Notes under the pieces: model-generated
What the model saw: only the letters and a program-made list of their open reading frames with translations
Told to the model about the DNA's origin: nothing
Database searches by the model: none
Assembly: GCA_965225945.1 (NCBI GenBank)
Contig: CBDDBZ010000035.1
Span: forward strand, 288,001 to 352,000
Direction of reading: 5' to 3'
Length of the DNA: 64,000 bases
Source of the DNA: Alphaproteobacteria bacterium
GTDB lineage: Bacteria; Pseudomonadota; Alphaproteobacteria; GCA-2731375
Shown: piece after piece, positions 43,196 to 54,127 of the stretch
Layout: every line of letters starts with the position of its first letter
How positions within the stretch are numbered: position 1 is the stretch's first letter
Translations under genes and position numbers: made by a program

Positions 43196-44062
43196 ATGCG
43201 TTTTGAGAACGATATTCTGGGCCCCGGCTTCGCCGTCGAGATTCGCGGGTTGGATCTCGCCGGCCAGATCGACGACGAGAGTTTCGCGGCCCTGCGCGAA
43301 CTCTGGCTCCGGCACAAGGTCGCGGTCATTCGCGGCCAGAGCCTGAGCGACGATGCGCTGTACGCGCTCACCGCCCGCTTCGGGCCGCATTTCATCCACC
43401 TGCGTTCGCAGTTTCACAGCCCCGGGCGGCCGGAGATCATGCTGGTCTCCAACCTGAAGGAGGGAAATCGCGCGCTCGGTGCCTTGGGTGATGGCGTGCT
43501 GGGCTGGCACAGCGATCAGGCCTATACCCGCTGGCCGGTCTTCGGCACCCTGATGCACGCGCTGGAAGTGCCCGAGAGCGGCGGCGCCACGGAGTTCTCC
43601 GATCTCGCGGCGGCGCTCACCGGCCTGCCGGCGGCCCTTCGCCGACGGATCGAGGGCCGGCGCGTGGTGTTCTCGATCGCCGCCACAGTGAAGACCCAGG
43701 GCCTGCCGCTGCCCGCCGCTCAGCGCGAGCGGGCGCCCGACGTCAGCCATCCCTTGATTCGTGCCCATCCCCATCTCGAGCGCCCCTCGCTTTATCTCAG
43801 TCCCGACCACGCCATGGCCATCGAGGGCATGGAGGAGGACGCGGCGGGGGACTTACTGGCGGCGCTCGAGGCCCACGCCACCCGGCCCGAATATCTCTAT
43901 CGCCACGACTGGCGGGTCGGCGACGTCGTGATCTGGGACAATTGCGCCACGATGCACCGGCGCGACGACTTTCCAAGCAGCGAGCGCCGAGTGATGAAGC
44001 GCACCGGCTTCCTGCTACCCGAGGCGTTGGCGACCCCCCTCGCCGCGTCGTCACAACACTAA
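43196..44062 (+). CDS. TauD/TfdA Fe(II)/2-oxoglutarate dioxygenase
   Basis: WHSD, HPL, WDNCATMHRR. Confidence 0.88.
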   Translation: MRFENDILGPGFAVEIRGLDLAGQIDDESFAALRELWLRHKVAVIRGQSLSDDALYALTARFGPHFIHLRSQFHSPGRPEIMLVSNLKEGNRALGALGDGVLGWHSDQAYTRWPVFGTLMHALEVPESGGATEFSDLAAALTGLPAALRRRIEGRRVVFSIAATVKTQGLPLPAAQRERAPDVSHPLIRAHPHLERPSLYLSPDHAMAIEGMEEDAAGDLLAALEAHATRPEYLYRHDWRVGDVVIWDNCATMHRRDDFPSSERRVMKRTGFLLPEALATPLAASSQH

Positions 44063-44073
44063 GGAGGCACCTC

Positions 44074-44832
44074 ATGGCCAAGACGCCCGACTTCTTCAAG
44101 GACAAGACCATTCTGATAACCGGCGCCGGCAGCGGCATCGGCCGGGCCACAGGCCTGGTATTCGCCCGCGAGGGCGCGAACGTCGTCTGCGCCGACATCG
44201 ACGAGGCGGCGGCGGAACGGGTCGCCAACCAGGTAATTCAGCTCGGCGCCGGCGCCACTCACATCCGATGCGACGTGACCGAGCGGGCGGAAGTGGACGC
44301 CATGGTCGCGCATGCGGTTCAGACCTTCGGCCGGGTCGATTTCGAGCTCAACGCGGCCGGCGCGGTGCTCGCCCGCAAGCCCTTCCTGGAGATCAGCGAG
44401 GAGCTCTGGGACATGTCCTATGCCTTGAACGTCAAGGGCACCTTCAATTCCGCGCAGGCGATCATCCCCCACATGCTGGAAAACGATGGCGGCGTCATCG
44501 TCAACATCGCCTCCCTCGCCATCAAGATGGGTGGCGCCGGCCATTCGGTGCATTACGCCTCCGCCAAGGGCGCGGTGGATGTGATGACCAACGGCATCGG
44601 CCGCGAGTTCGCGCGGCGCGGCGTGCGCTGCCTGTCGATTTCGCCGGGTCCGGTGGACACGCCCTTCCACGCCGCGACACCACCCGAACTTCTCGAGTCC
44701 TTCAACGAGCAAGTGCCGATGGGTCGGATGGCGACGGCGGACGAAATCGCCGAGACCGTCCTCTTCGCCTGTTCCGACGCCGCCCCCTTCATGACGGCGG
44801 ACACCATATTCGTCTCGGGCGGCATGCGTTGA
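44074..44832 (+). CDS. SDR oxidoreductase
   Basis: TGAGSGIG, YASAK. Confidence 0.9.
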   Translation: MAKTPDFFKDKTILITGAGSGIGRATGLVFAREGANVVCADIDEAAAERVANQVIQLGAGATHIRCDVTERAEVDAMVAHAVQTFGRVDFELNAAGAVLARKPFLEISEELWDMSYALNVKGTFNSAQAIIPHMLENDGGVIVNIASLAIKMGGAGHSVHYASAKGAVDVMTNGIGREFARRGVRCLSISPGPVDTPFHAATPPELLESFNEQVPMGRMATADEIAETVLFACSDAAPFMTADTIFVSGGMR

Positions 44833-44953
44833 GGCCGCCATGCGGCGCGACGGCAAGGCGGCGCCGATCACCGGCGCCGGAGGCGGCATCGCCGCCGCCT
44901 CCGCGCGAGGGGTGGCGGCCTGATAGCAAGGTGAGCGGGGAAGTGAACGACGG

Positions 44954-45508
44954 ATGCGAAAGAAAATCTATCCCCTGGCGACGATCCTCATCGTCATCTG
45001 GGTCGTCGAGGGGCTCAACCTGGCGACGGGAAACAATCTCTACGTCTGGGGCATCCTGCCGCGCGATATTTCCGGCCTGATCGGCATCCCGCTCGCGCCC
45101 TTCATCCACGGCAGCCTGCTCCACGCGATCTCCAACACCCTGCCGCTCGTCATCCTAGGCGGCCTGGTGTTGACGACGGGGGAGCGGCGTTTCGTGCCGA
45201 CCACGATCGCGATCGTCGTGCTGGGCGGATTGCTGGTCTGGCTGATGGGCCGAGGCAACTTTCACGTCGGCGCCAGCGGCCTGGTCTTCGGCTATTTCGG
45301 CGTCCTGTTGACCCGCGCGGTGATGGAACGGAGCTTCCTCAAGATGCTGGTCGGCATCGCCGTCGTACTTTTTTACGGCGGCCTCATTTTCGGCGTGCTG
45401 CCGAGCCAGCCCCATGTCTCGTTCGAATCGCACCTCTTCGGTCTGCTGGCCGGCGTCGGGATCGTCTGGCTGGAGAACAAGCTCGACGATCCGCCCGAGA
45501 AGACATAG
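44954..45508 (+). CDS. Rhomboid intramembrane serine protease
   Basis: HAISN, GASG, SHLFG. Confidence 0.88.
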   Translation: MRKKIYPLATILIVIWVVEGLNLATGNNLYVWGILPRDISGLIGIPLAPFIHGSLLHAISNTLPLVILGGLVLTTGERRFVPTTIAIVVLGGLLVWLMGRGNFHVGASGLVFGYFGVLLTRAVMERSFLKMLVGIAVVLFYGGLIFGVLPSQPHVSFESHLFGLLAGVGIVWLENKLDDPPEKT

Positions 45509-45621
45509 AGCCTTTCAGGTCGCGCCCGCGTGGCCAATCCCGAAAGGCGCCGGGCCGGAGAGCGGGCGGGGTCGAGCCATCCCGAAAGCCGCGCCGGCGA
45601 GCGTCGCGATTCGGTCCGGGA

Positions 45622-46820
45622 CTATCTCCGCCGCGTGCCCGTCCACTCGATCGCGAGCGCCACGAGCAGCGCCAGCGCGCCGAGGCCAAAGAGCGCCACG
45701 TGGTCGCCGCTCTGTTCGAACATCCAGGAGAAGACGTAGGCGGCGATCGCCTGACCGATGGCGAACGCCGCGGTCGCCCGGCCCCAGGCGATGGCTTGGC
45801 CACCGGTATCCGGTGACGCCAGTTCGCGCACGCGACCTAATATCAAGATCACACAGCCCGGGACGGAAGCGCCGACGACGAGGCTGGAGACATGGAGGGC
45901 CAGGGTCCCGGCGCTCAGCCACGGCAGGCCGATCGCCGCCGCCTGGACGAGGAATCCCAGGCGTAGGGCCGGCGCCGCGCCGATCCGGTCGGCGATGCGG
46001 CCGGCAAGCACCGGGCCGACCAGGGCGCCAGCGCCGAACAGCACCCAATGGAAGGCGCCGGCCGGTACGCCCTGGCCCAGGCCACGGGCGACGAAATTGA
46101 CCAAGAAGACCATATGTGGCACCAGGCCGACGGCGTTCAGGCCATAGGCGAGGTAGACCGCGAGGAGGGCGCGCTCCGAACGAAAGCCAGCGGTGGCCAC
46201 CTCCCCCGCCTGGCGCACGCGGCGCCTCGTCGTGTCGGGCCATCCGCCCCAGCCGACGACCGTCAACGCCGCCGCCAGCAGGCCGAGAGCGATCCATGTC
46301 CAGAACAGCCCCGCCTCCAGGAGCATGGGCACCAGGGTGCCGGAAATTGCGATACCGAGTCCGACGCCGGTGAAGATCACGCCGCCGGCGAGGCCTCGAC
46401 GCGCCGAGGGCACGCGGGGCAACACGCTGGGTGCCGCCAGTGCCATCAAGACGCCGCCGGCGATTCCCGCGGCCAAGCGCCAGGCGAAGAACCAGACGAA
46501 GGCGAGGGGGCTTGCGCAGGCGAGAAGCGAAAGCGAGGGAGCAGCATCATCGAGCGGAGCACCAGGGGAGCGGAGAATTGCGCGGCGAGGCGTCCGGCGA
46601 GCAGCGCCCCGGCCAGGTAGCCGGCCAGATTGGCGGCGCCGAGATATGCGGCCTCGGAGCCGGTGAACCAGCCTCTCTCGACCAGGGCCGGAAGCAGCGG
46701 GGTATAGGCGAAACGGGCGAGGCCGATGCCGATCAGGAGCGCGACCAACGCGGAGATCGCGCCACGCCAAGGACCGGGCTCGGCGCTGGTCGGGGGCGGC
46801 GGAACGGCGGCGTTCTCCAT
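45622..46820 (-). pseudogene. YbfB/YjiJ-type MFS transporter, frameshifted near 46540
   Basis: GLARFAYTPLLP and ANLAGYLAG in one frame; remaining TM helices in another. Confidence 0.75.
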
Positions 46821-46874
46821 CGCTTTCGCCTCCCTCGCGGCATCGCGCGGTCTATCGGCGGCCCCGGGGCCGAG

Positions 46875-47027
46875 GGCTGGCGTCTCGCCACGGCGGAGAT
46901 CGGCTATCGCCTCCCCGGCCATCCCGCCCCGCCGCGGAGCCATATCTGGCGGGACGACGACCTGCCGCCGGACTATCCGACGCTGCAACGCTTCCACGCT
47001 TTCTGGGAAGCCAATCTGGTTGGGCCG
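46875..47027 (+). pseudogene. Degraded Usg-like remnant
   Basis: GWRLATAEIGYRLPGHP...DLPPDYPTLQRFHAFWEANLVGP resembles the Usg family; no start or stop. Confidence 0.6.
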
Positions 47028-47088
47028 GAGAGCGGGCCGGCCTCGGGGATTTTCGACGCCGACTCCGAGGCGCCCCGGCGCGCCGATT

Positions 47089-47919
47089 TCAAGCCAGGGG
47101 CGCGAAGAAGGCGATGGTGCGGACCTCGATGCTCTCCCTCGGGCGCGCATCTTCCGGGCTCGCCGGATTGCGAAACGCCGAATGCGCGGTGAAGCGGGCA
47201 CGGCCGTCGTCTTCCGAATCGTAGCACTTCAGCAGCATGACCTCGTCAGCTCCCATCTCGGGCACGTAGTACCAACGATGGGCCGAACTGTGGCGCACCG
47301 AATAGACCTCGCCCACGCGGTCGCTATAGATCAGATCCGTCGGCACGAAGTCGTCCGGCGCCATGCTTCGGGCATCGCATACGGCGAGCGGCGCGTCCTG
47401 CACCGGCCCGCGTATCGGCCGCCAGACGTTGATCAGGCAGAAGCGGTGTTCGAGCATCGCCTCGCCATCCCCCGGCGCCAACAGGTCGCGAACCCGCTGT
47501 GGGCCGGACTTCACGGTATAGTCGTTGTGAACGAAGCGGACCGGCATCCGGGCCCCGTTGCGTCCGACCTCCGCCCGGTTGGCGTTCCGGACGTTGTGGT
47601 CGAAGACGTGAACGCGCGCGGCGCCGGTCGCCGCCTTCACCATTCGGGCCGCCTCGTCGTAATAGACCGCCTCGACCTCGCCCGCGTCGTAGAAATCGCC
47701 CACCTCGCTCTCCTGGGTCAGCAACGCGAGGCCCTGGGCGTCGAGGGTCATGGTACCGGCGACGGCCCGGATATCGCGGATCGCCATCTCGTGAGCGACG
47801 GTTCGGGGGCGGCGTACCGGGCGCCCGTCGCTGGGCGGGTCGATATAGCTCTTGGGCGCGGTTTCGCTCGGATCGAGATAGTTCAAGATCGCCGTGACGT
47901 CGGCCTGGCTCTCGGGCAT
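47089..47919 (-). CDS. CmcJ/NvfI (AsaB-like) family oxidoreductase
   Basis: VFDHNVR, VHNDYT, NVWRP, PLAVCDA, HSAF, RESIEVR. Confidence 0.8.
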   Translation of the reverse strand: MPESQADVTAILNYLDPSETAPKSYIDPPSDGRPVRRPRTVAHEMAIRDIRAVAGTMTLDAQGLALLTQESEVGDFYDAGEVEAVYYDEAARMVKAATGAARVHVFDHNVRNANRAEVGRNGARMPVRFVHNDYTVKSGPQRVRDLLAPGDGEAMLEHRFCLINVWRPIRGPVQDAPLAVCDARSMAPDDFVPTDLIYSDRVGEVYSVRHSSAHRWYYVPEMGADEVMLLKCYDSEDDGRARFTAHSAFRNPASPEDARPRESIEVRTIAFFAPLA

Positions 47920-48125
47920 GACGCGCTTCCGCTCCGTTGTCGAGGGACCACCGGCGATCCGGTGGTTCGCCTCCGCTCCGGCCGGGACCCTATCGTGGGC
48001 CGCCTTCGTCGTCCAGTTGCACCAGGCTCGCAGCCCCGAACGGAATCTCCGCCGACGTGGATCAAGCGCTCGCGAAACGGCGAGAATTGCGCTATCTTCG
48101 CGAACGAGTCGAGGGGGAGGCGCGG

Positions 48126-48482
48126 ATGAAAGATCGCCCATATCTCAAGAAGAACGTCGGCGGCGAAGAAGAGGCCGGCGAGAAGGCGAAAGTAAGGCGC
48201 GGGAAATCCGGCGTCGGCATCGACGATATCATCAACTATGTGGTTTTGATCGCCGGCGTGGCGGCGATCGCCGCGTTGCTCGCGATCCTCGGCAAGCAGA
48301 GCATCGTCTTGCTGACACTGGCGGCGCCGGCGGCGATCTTCTGCTCCGGGCTGATGTGGGTCGGCTACCTCCGCGAATGGCGACCGATGGCGGCCCGGGT
48401 CATCGCCATCGCCGGCGGCCTCTGGGGGCTGCTGATCGGCGCCCTGATCCTGGTGATCCTGAAGTTCTTCAACGCTCTATAG
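48126..48482 (+). CDS. Hypothetical membrane protein
   Basis: GGAGG RBS; three hydrophobic segments. Confidence 0.55.
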   Translation: MKDRPYLKKNVGGEEEAGEKAKVRRGKSGVGIDDIINYVVLIAGVAAIAALLAILGKQSIVLLTLAAPAAIFCSGLMWVGYLREWRPMAARVIAIAGGLWGLLIGALILVILKFFNAL

Positions 48483-48635
48483 AGCGCATTGCCAGACCTG
48501 GCGGAACCGCCCGCTCCGCCTCTGGGTCACTTGCGAGGCTACCTTTCCAGGGTGGCCCGCAGCGGGCGCGAGGCGGCCGGGGAGTCGCCATTTAGGGCGG
48601 TTCGAATTATTTCACGGGCAGCTGTCTTGGCGGCC

Positions 48636-48665
48636 AAAAATTCGGGGCGCCCGAAGGCGCCCCGA
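48636..48665 (-). terminator. Rho-independent terminator after the OmpA-family gene
   Basis: Stem TCGGGGCGCC-cgaa-GGCGCCCCGA followed by a T-run on the minus strand. Confidence 0.7.
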
Positions 48666-48690
48666 TAATCGATCGAAGCGTCGACGCGGT

Positions 48691-49560
48691 CTATTCGAAC
48701 TCGACCTCGACGCGACGGTTGCGTTGCTCCCTGACGCCGTCGGCCGTCAGGCGTACCGGATCGTCCTCGCCGCTGAAATTGACGACGATGTTCTTGCCCG
48801 GAATGCCGCCGTCGGCGAGCAGGGCCTTCACCGCTTCCGCGCGCTCGCGAGAGAGCTTCAGGTTGTAGTCGCGGGCGCCGGAGGTATCGGTATGACCGGT
48901 GAGCCGGACAAACAGCGGCTTGTCGATCCCGTAATCCTTGAGGATCTGGATGATCGACTTGCCCGACGCCATGTTCGGCCGCGCGTCGTCGAAATCGAAG
49001 TAGACGATGTAGATGCCGTCGACGATCGTCGGCGGAGGCCCGGCGGCCATGGGCTTCGCCATGGCGGGAACCTGCGCCCGGAGCGAGTTCTCGACGAATT
49101 CCATCGCCGTCTCGAAGCTCTTGCGACAGGCGGCGATATCCTTCGGCTGAATGTTCTCTTCCTTCTCCTCCATCCAGCAGTCGAACATCGCCTGAGCACG
49201 AGCCATCGCCGTCGGGTTGGCCTTGCGGCCACCGATGTCGAGCGCGCGGGTCAGGCGCTGACGGGCGCCGGTGAGCAGGGCCACCGAGTCGCCGGGCAAC
49301 TCGCGGCTGGCGATGGTGTCCGGATTGACCACCTGGCCCTCGGCGGCATTGAGCGCCTTGGTGAAGAAGTGGTCGGAGTCACGCCAATCGTTTTCGGCCG
49401 CTTCGGCCTTGCCGAGCTGAACGTAGTTCTGCTGCAAGGCGCGGGCGAACGAATCACCCCTGTTCTCCATGCTGGCGATCTTGTCGCCGTTCATGGTTCC
49501 ACAGGCCGCAAGCAAGGTCGCAACCGCGCCGACGGCGGCAAATCGCAAGGTGAGACTCAT
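48691..49560 (-). CDS. OmpA-family lipoprotein
   Basis: LAAC lipobox; YFDFD, GHTD, NLKLSRERA, NRRVE. Confidence 0.88.
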   Translation of the reverse strand: MSLTLRFAAVGAVATLLAACGTMNGDKIASMENRGDSFARALQQNYVQLGKAEAAENDWRDSDHFFTKALNAAEGQVVNPDTIASRELPGDSVALLTGARQRLTRALDIGGRKANPTAMARAQAMFDCWMEEKEENIQPKDIAACRKSFETAMEFVENSLRAQVPAMAKPMAAGPPPTIVDGIYIVYFDFDDARPNMASGKSIIQILKDYGIDKPLFVRLTGHTDTSGARDYNLKLSRERAEAVKALLADGGIPGKNIVVNFSGEDDPVRLTADGVREQRNRRVEVEFE

Positions 49561-49779
49561 GGGACCCCCCGTGTGCAAGTCTTCCAATCCCTCTGGCACA
49601 AGGCTCCGGCGGCGTCCCGCTCCCGTTCGGCGTCCACGGTCAAGCGAGTGCCAAGTCCTTGTTTGCCAACGAACACTTCGCGCGGGTTCGACGCCGCCCG
49701 CGCTCCGATAGCAGCACCCTATAACATAGAAACGCCGCCGTCACTACATCCCGACGCGACCGATGGCGATCCCGTGTCG

Positions 49780-50604
49780 TCAGGGCGGTTCGAGATCGGT
49801 CGAACCCACCCGATCCCCCGGCCCGGCGCGATCGGGAACGAGACCGCCCGAAAGCGGCTCCCCCGGCACCTCGACCCGCTGGCTCGGCAGCAACAATCGG
49901 CGGAACTGGTCGAGGGTGATGGATCGCAGCACCACATGCTTGCCCCGGGTTCGCGCGCCGACCAGCTTGGCGCCGGCCCAGCGGCGCAGCAGGGCAGCCA
50001 GGATCTCCGCGCTGCTGGCCGTTTCCGGGCCGATCAGGACTGTCGGGCTCGGCGCTGGCGGCCGTCCATCCGAAGGAAGATCGCGCCACGCAGCACCTCT
50101 CGAGCCAGCGGTTCGAAAGGCGCGGGTCACGGGTCCGGTGAAGCGGGCGGCGACCCTCACCATGCGCTCCAGGCGACCGCCGCCGTTCCGCCTGAGGTCG
50201 AGGACGATCGGCGCTCCGCCCAGGCTCGCGATCGCGCTCTCGAGCTCGGCGACGACGCGGCGACCGAAACGGTCCAGGTGGATCACCCGGCCCTCGACGG
50301 CGAGGGAGGGAAGGTGGCGTTGTCGGCGGATGCTGTCGCTGTCGGGGCTCGCCACCTCATCGACGCGAGCGCCCCCGCCATGCGCCCGGGCGATCGCCAA
50401 ACCGGCGCAAACGGCGTCCTCGCCGCAGGCCGATGCCAGGGCCGCCGCGCTCGGCAGGCGATCGGGATGGAGCGCCGCGTCCCTGGCTTCCGTCAAAATC
50501 GCGGCGAGCGGCCGCGCCGTGGCGCTCGACCAGGCCGCCGGCCCGGCCAGCGGACAAAGGACGAGGCCGACGCCAGCCGTCAGCGGTCCGCTGACTCGCG
50601 CCAC
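49780..50604 (-). CDS. S41 (tail-specific protease-like) peptidase
   Basis: LDLRRNGGG, TASSAE, GARTRGK, GLVPD; start uncertain. Confidence 0.65.
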   Translation of the reverse strand: MARVSGPLTAGVGLVLCPLAGPAAWSSATARPLAAILTEARDAALHPDRLPSAAALASACGEDAVCAGLAIARAHGGGARVDEVASPDSDSIRRQRHLPSLAVEGRVIHLDRFGRRVVAELESAIASLGGAPIVLDLRRNGGGRLERMVRVAARFTGPVTRAFRTAGSRGAAWRDLPSDGRPPAPSPTVLIGPETASSAEILAALLRRWAGAKLVGARTRGKHVVLRSITLDQFRRLLLPSQRVEVPGEPLSGGLVPDRAGPGDRVGSTDLEPP

Positions 50605-50732
50605 TCGCCCAGCGTACCGCCCGGCCCGGCCGAACCAGTTCCCCGTGAAAAAGTCCTTCGCTTCGATCTGAATCCTTTTCCACATTCTCCAAACGGCGAA
50701 AAGGCGGCCCAGGGCGGCCGGCGAGTCGCCAT

Positions 50733-52694
50733 TTAGGGTGATGGGTATGACTCGGCGATCGAGCGCCGCAATCCCTCTATCGCCTCCGGATTGGCGAGCG
50801 AGGAGAGATCGCCCGGCGCCTCGCCGACCACGATGGCCCGCACGACGCGGCGCATGATCTTCATCGAACGGGTCTTGGGCAGATCTTCGACGAAGATCAT
50901 CCGGCTCGGCCGGAACGAGCGTCCCATGCCGCCGACCACCGCCCGGACCAGTTCGGCCGCCAAATCCTCGCTCGCCGACACCCCCGGCGCGGGCACGCAG
51001 ACGCAGCCGACCGCCTGGCCCTTGATCGAATCCGGCAGGCCGATCACGGCGGCCTCGCTGACCCGGCCGGTGGCCATCAGCAGGCCCTCGATCTCGGCCG
51101 GTCCCATGCGCTTGCCGGATACCTTGATCGTGTCGTCGGAGCGGCCGTGCACGTACCACAGCCCATCGGCGTCGCGGCTGGCCCAGTCGCCCTGGCGCCA
51201 GAGGCCGGGGAACATCTCCCAATAGGTCTCGATATAGCGCTCCGGATCCTTCCACAAGCCCCGGCTCAGGCCCATGGAGGGGTGGCGCAGCACCAGCTCG
51301 CCGACTTCGCCCGGGGCTACGCTCCGGCCGTTCTCGTCGACGATGTCGGCCGCCATGCCGGGAATCGAGCCGGCGAAGGAGCAAGGCTTCATCGCCGTCA
51401 GCAGGTTGCCGGCGATGATGCCGCCGCCGATCTCGGTGCCGCCGCACCAGTTGATGATCGGCACCCGCCGGCCGCATACGTGCTCGAAGGTCCAATGCCA
51501 GGCCTCGTCGGTCCACGGCTCGCCGGTCGAGACGACGACCCGAAGCCGGGAGAGATCGTGCCGGGCGACCTCCTCCGAGCCGTGGCGCATCAGCGTCCGG
51601 ATCGAGGTCGGTGCGGTGCCGAGGTGGGTCGCCTCGTGCTCGGCCGAGAGCCGCCACATCCGGCCGGGGTCGGGATAGTCCGGGCCGCCCTCCGCCAGCA
51701 CCAGGGTGGCGCCGAGGGCGCCGGCGGCGGCGCTGATCAGCGGCCCCACGGCCCAGCCGAAATCGGTGATCCAGAGCAGCCGGTCGCCGGGCTTCAGGTC
51801 CGCGTGGAGGTGGAAATCGCAGGCCGGCTTCACCGCCATGGCGCAATGCGTGAGAATCGTGCCCTTGGGCTTGCCGGCGGTGCCGGAGGTGTAGAGCAGG
51901 ACCGCCGGATCGTCGGCCGGCACGGCCACCGCCTCGGTCCGCGTCGCCTTGCCCGCGACCAGATCGCGCCAGGCGACGTCGCGCGACGACGTGGGCTCGA
52001 AGCCGTCGCCCAGATAGTCCGCGACGACCACATGGCGCAGCGTCGCAACCTTCTCGGCCGCCTGGTCCATGATCGATTTCATCTCGATCACCTGGCCCCG
52101 CCGGCGGCTGCCGTCGGCGGTGATCACCGCCTTCGCCTCGGCGTCGTTCAGACGGGTGGCGATCGCCTCCGGCCCGAAGCCGCTAAAGAGCGGCACCACG
52201 ACCGCGCCGATGTGGGTGACGGCGAAGAAGGCGGCTACCACCTCCAGGCTCATCGGCAGGAAGAGGCCGATGGCGTCCCCCCGGCCGAGGCCGAGCGAGA
52301 TCAACCCCTCGGCCAGACGGCAGGTCTCCGCGTCGAGTTCGCCGTAGGTCCAACGCCGGACCTCGCCGGTTTCAGACTCCCAGATCACCGCCGGCAGGGC
52401 CTCGATCTCGGAGCCCCGATGGCGGCTGAGACAGGCCATGGTCAGGTTGGTCTCGCCGCCCTCGCACCACTTGGGCCAGGGCTTGCCGTCGGAGAGATCG
52501 AGAACCGTGCGGTAGGGCTTGGCGAAGGGCGTGCCCAGGGTCTCGATGATCGCGTTCCAGAACCACTCGGGTTCGGCGTCCGAGCGGGCCACCAGGTCGG
52601 CATAGGTCTCGATCCCGTGCCGGCGCATGAAGGCCATCATGTTGGAGCGTTCCACCGCTTCCCTGTCCGGGTGCCAGACGAACGCGTCGGTCAT
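50733..52694 (-). CDS. Acyl-CoA synthetase (acetyl-CoA synthetase-like)
   Basis: YTSGTAGKPKG, GGTE, GRSDD, PKTRS. Confidence 0.9.
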   Translation of the reverse strand: MTDAFVWHPDREAVERSNMMAFMRRHGIETYADLVARSDAEPEWFWNAIIETLGTPFAKPYRTVLDLSDGKPWPKWCEGGETNLTMACLSRHRGSEIEALPAVIWESETGEVRRWTYGELDAETCRLAEGLISLGLGRGDAIGLFLPMSLEVVAAFFAVTHIGAVVVPLFSGFGPEAIATRLNDAEAKAVITADGSRRRGQVIEMKSIMDQAAEKVATLRHVVVADYLGDGFEPTSSRDVAWRDLVAGKATRTEAVAVPADDPAVLLYTSGTAGKPKGTILTHCAMAVKPACDFHLHADLKPGDRLLWITDFGWAVGPLISAAAGALGATLVLAEGGPDYPDPGRMWRLSAEHEATHLGTAPTSIRTLMRHGSEEVARHDLSRLRVVVSTGEPWTDEAWHWTFEHVCGRRVPIINWCGGTEIGGGIIAGNLLTAMKPCSFAGSIPGMAADIVDENGRSVAPGEVGELVLRHPSMGLSRGLWKDPERYIETYWEMFPGLWRQGDWASRDADGLWYVHGRSDDTIKVSGKRMGPAEIEGLLMATGRVSEAAVIGLPDSIKGQAVGCVCVPAPGVSASEDLAAELVRAVVGGMGRSFRPSRMIFVEDLPKTRSMKIMRRVVRAIVVGEAPGDLSSLANPEAIEGLRRSIAESYPSP

Positions 52695-52836
52695 TCTTGA
52701 ACTCCTGCCCTCGACGGCGGCGATTATCGACCCAAACCGAGGGTAAGGGAACGCCGGCGTCGCGCGGGTGGTTCAGCGGGTTCGATTTGTGCTTTAAATG
52801 CCGTGCAACGACAGTCGAGCCGGAGGAGCCGCCGCC

Positions 52837-54042
52837 ATGAGCGAAGCCTATATCTGCGATGCCATCCGCACCCCGATCGGCCGCTACGGCGGCGCGCTGG
52901 CCAAGGTCAGGACGGACGATCTGGGGGCGATCCCGATCCGCGCCCTGATCGAGCGTAACAGCAGCGTCGAGTGGGACCGGACCGACGAGGTGGTCTACGG
53001 TTGCGCCAACCAGGCGGGCGAGGATAACCGCAACGTCGCCCGCATGGCGGCGCTGCTCTCCGGCCTGCCGGAGGACGTGCCGGGCGCCACCATCAACCGG
53101 CTCTGCGGCTCCGGGATGGACGCCACCGGCTACGTCGCCCGCGCCATCCGCGCGGGCGAGGCGGACTTGGCGATCTCCGGCGGGGTCGAGAGCATGTCGC
53201 GCGCGCCCTTCGTCATGGCCAAGGCGGAGACCGCCTTCTCGCGAGCTTCCGAGGTCTACGACACCACGATCGGCTGGCGCTTCGTCAATCCGGCGATGAA
53301 GAAACAGTACGGCGTCGATTCGATGCCGGAGACGGCGGAGAACGTGGCCGAGACCTATCAGATCAGCCGCGCCGATCAGGACGCCTTCGCTGAACGCAGC
53401 CAGGCCCGCGCCGGCGCCGCCCAGGAGCGCGGCTTCTTCGCCGCCGAGATCACCCCGGTGACGATTCCCCGCCGCCGGGGCGACGATATCGTGGTCGCCC
53501 GCGACGAGCATCCCCGGCCGGAGACGACGCTCGAGGGATTGGCCGAGCTGGCGACGCCGTTCCGCGAGGGCGGCTCGGTCACCGCCGGCAACGCCTCGGG
53601 CGTGAACGACGGCGCCTGCGCCATCCTGCTGGCGAGCGAGCGCGGCGTGGCGGATCACGGGCTGGAGCCCCGGGCGCGCATCCTCGGCATGGCGACCGCC
53701 GGCGTGCCGCCCCGCGTCATGGGCATCGGCCCGGCGCCCGCCAGCCAGAAACTCCTGGCCCGCCTCGGCCTCGAGATGGCCGAGATCGACGTGATCGAGC
53801 TGAACGAGGCCTTCGCGGCGCAGTCGCTGGCGGTGACACGTCAGCTCGGTCTCGCCGACGATGCCGAGCACGTCAACCCGAACGGCGGCGCGATCGCGCT
53901 GGGCCATCCCCTCGGCATGAGCGGCGCGCGCCTGATCACCACCGCGCTGCACGCGCTGGAGGAGCGCGACGGCAAGCGGGCGCTCTGCACCATGTGCATC
54001 GGCGTCGGCCAGGGCATCGCCATGGTGATCGAGCGGGTCTGA
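52837..54042 (+). CDS. pcaF: 3-oxoadipyl-CoA thiolase (PcaF/PaaJ-like)
   Basis: QAGEDNRNVARM, NRLCGSG, NEAFA, GHPLG, MCIGVGQG. Confidence 0.85.
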   Translation: MSEAYICDAIRTPIGRYGGALAKVRTDDLGAIPIRALIERNSSVEWDRTDEVVYGCANQAGEDNRNVARMAALLSGLPEDVPGATINRLCGSGMDATGYVARAIRAGEADLAISGGVESMSRAPFVMAKAETAFSRASEVYDTTIGWRFVNPAMKKQYGVDSMPETAENVAETYQISRADQDAFAERSQARAGAAQERGFFAAEITPVTIPRRRGDDIVVARDEHPRPETTLEGLAELATPFREGGSVTAGNASGVNDGACAILLASERGVADHGLEPRARILGMATAGVPPRVMGIGPAPASQKLLARLGLEMAEIDVIELNEAFAAQSLAVTRQLGLADDAEHVNPNGGAIALGHPLGMSGARLITTALHALEERDGKRALCTMCIGVGQGIAMVIERV

Positions 54043-54127
54043 GTGTCCGAATACGAAATCGACCCACCGCTCGGGGGCGGCGCCAGACAGCTCGTGTCCC
54101 GCGCGTCATGTTCATGTTGACCATTGG

